From Oceanospirillum sp. (GTDB taxonomy: Bacteria; Pseudomonadota; Gammaproteobacteria; Pseudomonadales; Halomonadaceae): a DNA stretch of 64,000 nucleotides. The position numbers and the translations under genes were made by a program. The DNA lies in NCBI GenBank assembly GCA_048270425.1, contig JBLWSY010000007.1, positions 63,442 to 127,441 of the forward strand, read 5' to 3'. The notes under the pieces are model-generated. The model saw only the letters and a list, made by a program, of their open reading frames with translations. It made no database searches and had not been told where the DNA came from. This document shows, one piece after another, positions 26,038 through 33,881 of this stretch; the first letter of the stretch is position 1; each line of letters opens with the position of its first letter.

Positions 26038-27759
26038 CTACTGGCCGGGATAAAGCTCCGGCAGCGGCTGATCTTTCGCTTCGGGGGCGCGTTTGACACC
26101 TTCACTGGCGTTTGCCAAGGCATCGCCCTGCCAGTCTTCCGGTTTAGCGTCTGGGCCAAAGAGTGCCATTTGCAGCTGGTGCAGCGCCTGATCAAATTCG
26201 GGCGTGGTTTGAGGTGCTTCAAGGCGCTGCCATTTCTGCCATGCATCCCATGCGGCTCTGGCCTGATTTTGCTGACAGGCGTTAAGCAGCGCCTGTCGGA
26301 AGATCGGATTTTCTTCCACAACAGCGGCATTACTTTGAGAGGCGATTGCACCGCCAATCGCCATGTCATGAAACAGCTGCTGGCGGGCAAAGGTAAGCTG
26401 TTGTTTGCTTTGCCAGAGCAAGGCTGCCAGTGCTGCACTTAAGATCGCAAAAATCAGGGTGGTGATCTGCCAGATAAGGTTGCTGTTATTACTTTCTGTA
26501 ATCTCTTTGGGCTGCTGGGCCTGATTGCTGGTTTCGGCAACGGGTTCCGGTTCTTTTACCTTATTGGGATCCGGGCTGATGCTCAGGGGTAAAGAATCTA
26601 AAGTGGCGTATTCCAGCTGATCGGTTTCAGTATTCCACCAGGGCACCCGTAATTCAGGAAGATTCAGTGGGCCTGATTCAGTGGGGATCAGTGCAATACT
26701 GAGGTTTTTTTCACCCACCAGCCCCGTTCCTTTGCCGTTGAGGTTTTCAGGCATCTCATTTAACTGAGGTTGTTCCGGATACTGGCGGACGCCGGCGATT
26801 GGCGGCATAACCAAGGGAGGCAGTTGCGCAGCTGTTAAGCCATGGGCCTGAAGCGTCAGTTTTCGTGTTAGCGGTGTGCCTTCCTGCCATTGTGCGTAGT
26901 TGCCGCTCCACTCCTGACTTAAGGTTACGGATCGGGCTGGAAGCCATTGAGCATTGGCTGGAAAGCTATCGGGAACCGGCTGAACGTTGATTTTGTGTTC
27001 CGGGCTTTGAATACGAATCTGCTTCAGACCACCGAGCGAGTAGCGGTTCTGAATCCGCACCCGACCGCTGAAGGTTTGTGGTGGAATCACCAGCTCGCCA
27101 CTGCTTTGCGGATAAAGCGCAAACTGCCACTCGGCAACATTGTAGAGACGGCCATCGATACGGGCTTCAAAATCTTTGCGATTACCCAGCTGGACCATCA
27201 GCACGTTATCCAGATCCAGATCCGTCAAACCGTGATCTGAAATACTGGTGGCGTAGTAGAGGCGCAGGGTGTAAATCAGCTGCTGCTGAACGTAGATAGC
27301 ATCGCTGTGATCAATCTCACTGTGCAGAAACACATCGGCACTGGCTTGGGTGTTTGCAGGTTTGGGCTGTACTTCCAGCGTGATCGGCTGACTGGAGGCA
27401 TCACCAATGCTGATTGCCGGAATAATCAGGGTGCCGCTACGTTTGGGGAGCAGGGTGATTTCCCAGAGCCGCTCTGAACGGTTTTCGCCATTGATGATAA
27501 TAATATTGGTTCTAGGAGGTTGAGCCCGTACTTCAAAATCCTGATAGAGCTCACTCAGGTCAGGTTTCCCTGTGAGCTCAAGTCCTGGTGATTTCAGAAA
27601 GAGCGTAACGCTTTCATTTTCCATCAGCCGGGTACGGTCAACGCTGGCTTCAAGCTCGTTGGCTTCGGCTATGTTGGCAAACAGCAGGCTGATGATCAGC
27701 AGGTAAAGCGCTGCTATCAGATTGATGAACGATAATCGGTTTTTAATCGGGCTTACCAT
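26038..27759 (-). CDS. batD: BatD-family protein
   Basis: It has a signal peptide, a large periplasmic region, a late TM segment (IWQITTLIFAILSAALAALLW) and a C-terminal tail. It is the last gene of the Bat/MoxR operon. Confidence 0.7.
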   Translation of the reverse strand: MVSPIKNRLSFINLIAALYLLIISLLFANIAEANELEASVDRTRLMENESVTLFLKSPGLELTGKPDLSELYQDFEVRAQPPRTNIIIINGENRSERLWEITLLPKRSGTLIIPAISIGDASSQPITLEVQPKPANTQASADVFLHSEIDHSDAIYVQQQLIYTLRLYYATSISDHGLTDLDLDNVLMVQLGNRKDFEARIDGRLYNVAEWQFALYPQSSGELVIPPQTFSGRVRIQNRYSLGGLKQIRIQSPEHKINVQPVPDSFPANAQWLPARSVTLSQEWSGNYAQWQEGTPLTRKLTLQAHGLTAAQLPPLVMPPIAGVRQYPEQPQLNEMPENLNGKGTGLVGEKNLSIALIPTESGPLNLPELRVPWWNTETDQLEYATLDSLPLSISPDPNKVKEPEPVAETSNQAQQPKEITESNNSNLIWQITTLIFAILSAALAALLWQSKQQLTFARQQLFHDMAIGGAIASQSNAAVVEENPIFRQALLNACQQNQARAAWDAWQKWQRLEAPQTTPEFDQALHQLQMALFGPDAKPEDWQGDALANASEGVKRAPEAKDQPLPELYPGQ

Positions 27760-29678
27760 GGTGCTCGTCCTTCAGGCAGGGGATCGCGGCGCTGATTAGT
27801 TTCATATTCAAATTTACGGCGCAGCAGTCCTGCCGGGTCGTCCGGGATCCGGCGCAGCCACTGCTCCAGAGAAAGTTCTTCCTCACTCATACCTTCGGTG
27901 GTTTCGGGAGCTCCCGCTACAGATGATGCGCTCTGATCTTTCAGTTGCTGTTTTTTCTGCTGTTCGGCCAGTTTATCCAGCACACTCTGGTCCAGTTCTT
28001 CATCACCGGTGGCATCGTTTTCGTTGGGATTGCCGAACATCGATGAGTCATCATCCGGGCCAAACTCCTGATTCTGGCTGCCTGCCCCCTGATTTGGTGC
28101 CCTATCGGATGCGTTGGCAGACCCTTGCTGGTCAGCGCGTGATTGCTGAGAATCGTTCTGACCCGACCGGCCGTTTTGCTGGCTTTGCCCAGACTGGCCC
28201 TGTTGTTCTGAAGGCGGTTGATCGGAGGATTGTTGTTCAGAGGAGCCCTGTTCAGGAGATTGCGGCTCTGAAGATTGCGGGTTTGGGTTGTTGTTGCTCT
28301 GATCCTGTTGCTCTCTGTTCTGTTGCTGGTCTTGCTGCTGTTTCAGCAGTTTTTCCACCAGAGAACGATTGAACTCGGCATCCTTCAGATTCGGGTTCTG
28401 TTCCAGTGCTTTGCTGTAGGCACTCATGGCTTCATCAAGGCGGCCCAGTCTGGCAAGGGCGTTACCCCGGTTGTAGTGAGCCTGCGGTGTGTCACTCTTG
28501 GCAAACTCGCTGATCGCCTGTTGATAATCCTTCTGGCGGTAGTAGGCACTTCCTCGCCAGAGTGGATCTTTTAGTAATTCTTCCGCCTGATCGTAATTGC
28601 CTTCCTGAAAGGCTGCTTCACCTTCGCTTTGCGGGTTTGCTGGCCAGAAGGCGAATACGGGCTTAGGGGCTGACAGCAGAATCAGTAACGGTAGCATCAG
28701 CAACCAGTTACGGCGGAAGGCCAGGGCTACTAAAGGCAGTACTGGCAGCAGAAACCAGTGCCCCTGCTCGATCCATAAAGGGAGTCTTGCCTGAGTTTCT
28801 TTAATCTCCTGCTGATCAACGTCCACGGGTAAAAGGTAGTCCAGGTCCTCTTCATCCAGTGTGATGCTATGTATCAGGGCATCTGTGGATGCCGCAAAAT
28901 CTTCCAGTTCAATCCGGTCGAGCTGGCTGATAATCACATTGCCTTTCTGGTCTTTGACAAAGCCCTGATCTCCCAGCGGAATCGGTGCGCCGGCTTCTGT
29001 GCCCACAGACATAATGCTGAGGCTCATGCTTTTCGGCAGTTGCTTGCGAATGCTTTGCTGGGCGGTTTTATCCAGTCCATCGGTGATCAGCAACAGGCGG
29101 GCTTTCTGGAAACCGGACTGGCGAACCAGTTCTATGGCTTTACCGATACCGATTTCAGCAGCACTGCCCAGTTTCGGCATCATCAGCGGATCAAGAGCCG
29201 GCAACAGGTTGCGGATCGTCGCGGTGTCCTGGGTCAGGGGGGTTACTGTATGGGCATCACCGCTGTAAACCACCAGTGCGGTCATGCCTTCTTTGCGCTG
29301 CTTGAGCAGATCCTGAAGCTTCTGTTTACTGCGGGTGATGCGGTCGGGTGGAAGATCCTCTGCCAGCATCGACAGGGACAGATCAAGCACAATGACCAGA
29401 TTATCCTGCTTGATCAGTGCGGGGCGTGACTGCTGGCTCCAGCTTGGGCCTGCTAGGGCGATGCCGGTCAGGCTCAGGGCGACTATTGTCCAGAGCAGAT
29501 AACTGGGCTGCTTTTCAGGTTTGGCCAGCAGCTGTTGCTGCAGGTCCGGGCGCATCTGATCCTGCCAGGGATTACTGGCATGGCGAAAACGCAGATACCA
29601 GAGCACCTGAATGACAACAATGGGTATCAGTATCAGCGCCCATGGACGCGAAAAATGAAAGCTATCCAGTAGTTCCAA
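27753..29678 (-). CDS. VWA-domain plus TPR protein (BatB/BatC-like fusion) with a long Q/S-rich disordered segment
   Basis: It has N-terminal TM segments, the MIDAS motif VLDLSLSM, the TPR repeats GNYDQAEELL..YYRQKDYQQAI..YNRGNALARLGRLDEAM, and then about 140 aa rich in Q/S/N/D. Confidence 0.8.
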   Translation of the reverse strand: MELLDSFHFSRPWALILIPIVVIQVLWYLRFRHASNPWQDQMRPDLQQQLLAKPEKQPSYLLWTIVALSLTGIALAGPSWSQQSRPALIKQDNLVIVLDLSLSMLAEDLPPDRITRSKQKLQDLLKQRKEGMTALVVYSGDAHTVTPLTQDTATIRNLLPALDPLMMPKLGSAAEIGIGKAIELVRQSGFQKARLLLITDGLDKTAQQSIRKQLPKSMSLSIMSVGTEAGAPIPLGDQGFVKDQKGNVIISQLDRIELEDFAASTDALIHSITLDEEDLDYLLPVDVDQQEIKETQARLPLWIEQGHWFLLPVLPLVALAFRRNWLLMLPLLILLSAPKPVFAFWPANPQSEGEAAFQEGNYDQAEELLKDPLWRGSAYYRQKDYQQAISEFAKSDTPQAHYNRGNALARLGRLDEAMSAYSKALEQNPNLKDAEFNRSLVEKLLKQQQDQQQNREQQDQSNNNPNPQSSEPQSPEQGSSEQQSSDQPPSEQQGQSGQSQQNGRSGQNDSQQSRADQQGSANASDRAPNQGAGSQNQEFGPDDDSSMFGNPNENDATGDEELDQSVLDKLAEQQKKQQLKDQSASSVAGAPETTEGMSEEELSLEQWLRRIPDDPAGLLRRKFEYETNQRRDPLPEGRAPW

Positions 29679-29680
29679 GG

Positions 29681-30850
29681 TTAATCCCTACCCTGAGTGC
29701 TGTTGAGCTTTGATAAAGCGGTTGGCTGAGGTTTGTTCTCCGCCAGCTCTGATGAATGAGCTGGCGGCTCGGATTCGCTGACCTGCTGTCGCCAGTAGAT
29801 CAGAAACCAGCGGCCGGCGAAGGCGGAGATCAGCGACGCAAAAATCAGCAGCAAAGGCCAGTGCATCAGGCTGTGCCGCGGACGAAAAACCTGCGCCTGT
29901 TGTTCGATCGGTTCCAGACGATCCAGTTCCTTGTAGATCGCATCCAGCTCCTCGGTGCTTCGGGCGCGGAAGTAAGTACCATCGGTTGCCCGGGCGATAT
30001 TGCGCAAGGTGATCTCGTCCAGGTCCTGTGAGGGGTTGATGCGTCGGGTCAGACCAAAGAGGGTTTCCACTTCCAACTCATCAGCCCCGATTCCGACAGT
30101 ATAGATTTTCAGCTTTTGCCCGGCAGCCAGTTGCGCAGCCTGAATCGGGTCGATAGATCCGGCTGTGTTGGCACCATCCGTTAGCAGGATCAGGATACGC
30201 CCACCTTCAGGCTGATCCTTAAGGCGCTTCACGGCCAGTCCGATAGCGTCCCCGATGGCGGTTTGATCACCAGCCATGCGCAGCTGAATCTCTTCCAGCT
30301 GGGCGGAAACGGTTTTGCGGTCATGGGACATAGGTACGTGCAGATAAGCCTGGGTACCAAAAACGATAAGCCCTAAGCGATCGCCTTCACGACGCAGGAC
30401 GAAGTCGGACACAATCTCTTTAACGGCGGTCAGTCGGTCGATACGCTGCTTATTCAGCACCATATCGTCCATCTGCATACTGCCGGAGATATCCACTGCT
30501 AACATCAGATCCCGGCCTTTGTTGGGCAGGGGTTGAGGTTCTCCGATCCATTGGGGATGAGCCGCCGCGACGATAAGCAGCAACCAGAGCCAGCTGCCTA
30601 CCAATAAACGCAGTGTTTTGCGTTGGTTACGCAGGGTGCCGCTTTTGACGCTTTGCTGGGAACTGAGCCAGGCAACCCTAAGCCGGTAATGGCGGGGAGC
30701 GGCTGGCGGCATAAAACGATAGACCAGCCAGGGCAGGGGCAGCATCAGGAAAACCCAGGGCCAGATAAAAGAGATCTGTCCAAAGACTGCCAATGGGCCG
30801 GAAAAGAGATCCAATTGGGTGAGGGTATTTAAAGCTGTCGCTTGATCCAC
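29681..30850 (-). CDS. VWA-domain membrane protein (BatA-like)
   Basis: It has N-terminal TM segments, the MIDAS motif AVDISGSM, ILLTDGANT, and a C-terminal TM segment. Confidence 0.85.
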   Translation of the reverse strand: MDQATALNTLTQLDLFSGPLAVFGQISFIWPWVFLMLPLPWLVYRFMPPAAPRHYRLRVAWLSSQQSVKSGTLRNQRKTLRLLVGSWLWLLLIVAAAHPQWIGEPQPLPNKGRDLMLAVDISGSMQMDDMVLNKQRIDRLTAVKEIVSDFVLRREGDRLGLIVFGTQAYLHVPMSHDRKTVSAQLEEIQLRMAGDQTAIGDAIGLAVKRLKDQPEGGRILILLTDGANTAGSIDPIQAAQLAAGQKLKIYTVGIGADELEVETLFGLTRRINPSQDLDEITLRNIARATDGTYFRARSTEELDAIYKELDRLEPIEQQAQVFRPRHSLMHWPLLLIFASLISAFAGRWFLIYWRQQVSESEPPAHSSELAENKPQPTALSKLNSTQGRD

Positions 30851-31323
30851 CGTTTCACCACCTCAATCAGGGCGTTTTCATCGAAGTCTTCAGGGGCGGA
30901 TTCGTAAGCCTGGATCAGTACCCGGCCTTCGCCCTTGCTGAAATCTTTAGTGCGTCCGCTACGATCAAGAAATTCCAGCCAGTGTTTCCCAGCCAGAGGG
31001 GAAATCTTTTCGCGTTCGTAATTGATCATTGCCATACGGCGCAGCAGCATATTCAGTTCGTTTAACAAGCGCTGGTTCTGACCATGTTCGCTGAAGCGCG
31101 TGCGCATCAGTTCGAGCTCATTCAGGGCATAGCGGCGGGTTCGTGTCCTGAGGTAGTAACGGCGAATGATAACGGTGAGAATAACCAGTGTGATCACGCC
31201 GGCAACGGAGATCCACCAGGCGTTCAGGCTGGGTGTCCAGCCACCGGTTGGCTCGGGGATATGGATATCTCTCAGTTGCTCCAGCAGTCTGGAGGCCTCT
31301 TGGGTAACTTGTGCGGTGCTCAT
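30829..31323 (-). CDS. DUF4381-domain protein
   Basis: LRDIHIPEP.GGW.P..NAWW is followed by a single TM segment. Its position in the operon is typical. Confidence 0.7.
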   Translation of the reverse strand: MSTAQVTQEASRLLEQLRDIHIPEPTGGWTPSLNAWWISVAGVITLVILTVIIRRYYLRTRTRRYALNELELMRTRFSEHGQNQRLLNELNMLLRRMAMINYEREKISPLAGKHWLEFLDRSGRTKDFSKGEGRVLIQAYESAPEDFDENALIEVVKRWIKRQL

Positions 31324-31499
31324 TAAGCGGGGCTCCTGCCGAGCTCTAATTGTGTGTGATAAATCGAGTTGTAAAATCAGATGTTTCTGTCGATGTGGAT
31401 CTGTTCTGCTGATTTATCCTGATTTTCAGATATCTGTTTGTTGTATCAGGCTTTTTTATACCAAATCAGGGCTCAGGATTATACTGATTTAAGTGGATT

Positions 31500-32477
31500 T
31501 TACCGGGTTGCGTTGGCAAAAAACTGTTTCAGTTTGTCAGCCGGTTTCTCCTGTGTTGAGAGAGGTATAAAGTGCCCCCGTGCCTTTTGCACGTGTTGCT
31601 TCAGAGCAGTTTGATGCAGGTCAAACTCTTTTCGGTACCGTTCCTGTTCGCTGATGCGAGTACCGTCGTAGTAATAATCCTGTTTGCCATCGGTGAGAAA
31701 ACAGGAACCTTTGGGTAGCTCCCGTTCCAGTGGGTCGCTGATCTGAATCGCCACCAGATTGTGATTGCGGCTGAGCTGGCTCAGAGCAGACGCCTCTTCC
31801 AGATCCAGTGACCAGAAGTCACTGATCACTACGATCAGACTGCCATGTCCCGGCTGGGCCGCGATCTGGCGTAATACCTGATTCATACGGCCGGGTTTGG
31901 CCCGGCTGGCTTTGTCGGTGATCTGCAGGCCTAAGTCGCAGCTGCTTTTCAGTAACGGCAGCAGACCTTTATGTCGGGCTTTGGGTTTGATCAGGCGGGT
32001 ATCACCGCCGTTAAAAACCAATCCGCCGCAACGGTCGCCCTGATAACTTAATGCCCAGCCGATGATAGCAGCTGTGTTGGCAGCCTGTTCCGCTTTACTG
32101 CGGGTGCTGCCAAACAGCATGGATGCGGAGAGGTCCACCACCAGATGCACCGGGCGTTCCCGCTCTTCCATAAAAACCTTGGTGTGCGGTCGCCGGGTGC
32201 GGGCGGTGACTTTCCAGTCCATCAGTCGGATATCATCACCGGGCTGGTAGTTGCGGATTTCGCTCAGCTCCATGCCGCGGCCCTGCTGGCGGGATCTGTG
32301 CTGACCCGCGAGGGTCGAGCCTGTCGGCGAGCGCAGATTCAGTCCCAGCAGATTTTTATGTTCCTGCAGTAGGGTAAGCTGATCCAGCCGGAGTTCCGGC
32401 AAAAAGGTAGCAGAGCCCTGCAGCTGATGTTCCGGCTGCAGGCTTTTTCGGATCTGTTGCCAGGCCGATTGCAGCAT
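31500..32477 (-). CDS. DUF58-domain protein (VWA-like)
   Basis: It has the motifs REYQPGDD-like (RNYQPGDDIRLMDWKVTART) and VVDLSASM. Its ATG shares one base with the moxR stop (TAATG). Confidence 0.85.
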   Translation of the reverse strand: MLQSAWQQIRKSLQPEHQLQGSATFLPELRLDQLTLLQEHKNLLGLNLRSPTGSTLAGQHRSRQQGRGMELSEIRNYQPGDDIRLMDWKVTARTRRPHTKVFMEERERPVHLVVDLSASMLFGSTRSKAEQAANTAAIIGWALSYQGDRCGGLVFNGGDTRLIKPKARHKGLLPLLKSSCDLGLQITDKASRAKPGRMNQVLRQIAAQPGHGSLIVVISDFWSLDLEEASALSQLSRNHNLVAIQISDPLERELPKGSCFLTDGKQDYYYDGTRISEQERYRKEFDLHQTALKQHVQKARGHFIPLSTQEKPADKLKQFFANATR

Positions 32478-33457
32478 TAACTCACCGGAACCTGTTGCAG
32501 CAGATGGGTGATAATTTGATCAGCGCTGAAACCTGCGGCTTCTGCTTCATAACGCAGCAGTAAGCGGTGACGGAACACATCCGGCACCATTGTCTGAACA
32601 TCTTCCGGGGTGACAAAGTCACGCCCTTCCAGCCAGGCATGAGCGCGGGCGCAACGATCCAGCGCCAGAGTGGCGCGGGGGCTGACACCATATTCGATCC
32701 ATTGCGCCAGATCTTTGTTGTAGCGATCCGGGCGACGGGTGGCATCCACAAGGTGCACGATATATTGCTCAATGCTTTCTGCCATGTAGATTTCCAGCAC
32801 CTCTTTGCGGCCCTGAATAATCTGCTGTTGGCTGACGGTGGGCACGTCATTGGCGTTGTGATCACTCTTGAGGCGATTTTTCTCTTCATTACGGATCAGG
32901 CGCAGAATCTCAAGCTCGGCTTCGGCACTTGGGTAGTTCAGATTGGTGTGCAGCAGAAAACGATCCAGCTGGGCTTCCGGTAGTGGATAGGTACCTTCCT
33001 GCTCAATCGGGTTTTGGGTCGCCATGACCAGAAAGGTTTCCGGCAACGGATAGCTGGTATTGCCCACTGTCACCTGGCGTTCTGCCATCGCTTCCAGCAG
33101 GGCAGCCTGAACCTTAGCGGGGGCGCGGTTGATCTCATCCGCCAGTACGAAATGATTAAAAACCGGGCCTTGTTGAAAGCTGAAGCTGTTATGTTCCGGG
33201 CGGTAAATATCGGTGCCTGTGATGTCTGCAGGCAAAAGGTCCGGCGTGAACTGAATGCGTTGGAAGTCACCTTCCAGACAATCGGACAATGACTTGATCG
33301 CTTTGGTTTTTGCTAATCCCGGTGGTCCTTCGACCAGAAGGTGGCCATCGGCCAGTAAAGCGATTAAGAGGCGGCTGAGCAGGGTTTCCTGCCCGATGAT
33401 CTGGCTTTTTAAGTGGTCATTCAGTGACTGAAACGCGTCGCGAACACTCATGGTCAT
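32477..33457 (-). CDS. moxR: MoxR-family AAA+ ATPase
   Basis: It has Walker A GPPGLAKT and Walker B VLADEINRAP, plus TQNPIEQEGTYPLPEAQLDRF. The start is ATG 33457 or 33451; the upstream in-frame extension to 33697 is not credible. Confidence 0.9.
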   Translation of the reverse strand: MTMSVRDAFQSLNDHLKSQIIGQETLLSRLLIALLADGHLLVEGPPGLAKTKAIKSLSDCLEGDFQRIQFTPDLLPADITGTDIYRPEHNSFSFQQGPVFNHFVLADEINRAPAKVQAALLEAMAERQVTVGNTSYPLPETFLVMATQNPIEQEGTYPLPEAQLDRFLLHTNLNYPSAEAELEILRLIRNEEKNRLKSDHNANDVPTVSQQQIIQGRKEVLEIYMAESIEQYIVHLVDATRRPDRYNKDLAQWIEYGVSPRATLALDRCARAHAWLEGRDFVTPEDVQTMVPDVFRHRLLLRYEAEAAGFSADQIITHLLQQVPVS

Positions 33458-33881
33458 CCTTACATTGTCTGGAAGCTTGACGGGGCAAACAGGGTTCAGG
33501 CGGTATTGTCCTTCTGATATGCCAGTCAGACAGTCCGCGAGTATAGCGAGATTCGTTTCTGGCTGGCTAGGGTTCTGATCAATGAATTGAGATGGGGTTC
33601 CTTTAAAAAGTAATCCGCTGATTTTTAAACTAAACTTTGTTGGCGAAGAAGCCATGACCGCTGAGGTAGGTCGTTTGGGAGTCGTTTTACCCTGCAAAAG
33701 CGCTCTATTATGTTGTTCGCTTCTTCCCCTATGCTTTTTTGTAATACTTGGTCAGTACAGTGGTTGATTTGTACTATGTTTTCATCAAAGCTATCCCTAA
33801 TAAGACAGGCTGATATGCCTGTTTTTTATGGATTTAAGTCACATAAAGTCATCCCGGTATCATCTCTGAGGTTATTTGACG

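Noticed and set aside
31166-31492. A 108-aa plus-strand ORF spanning the gap inside the Bat operon.
   Set aside because: It is Cys/Ser/Ile-rich nonsense-like sequence, antisense to the DUF4381 5' end, with no SD. The gap is better explained as regulatory DNA.
33458-33697. An 80-codon in-frame N-terminal extension of moxR (ORF track start at 33697).
   Set aside because: MoxR proteins are about 320 aa. The conserved N-terminus begins at MTMSVRDAFQSLNDHL with an AAGGA SD just upstream. The extension has no family resemblance.
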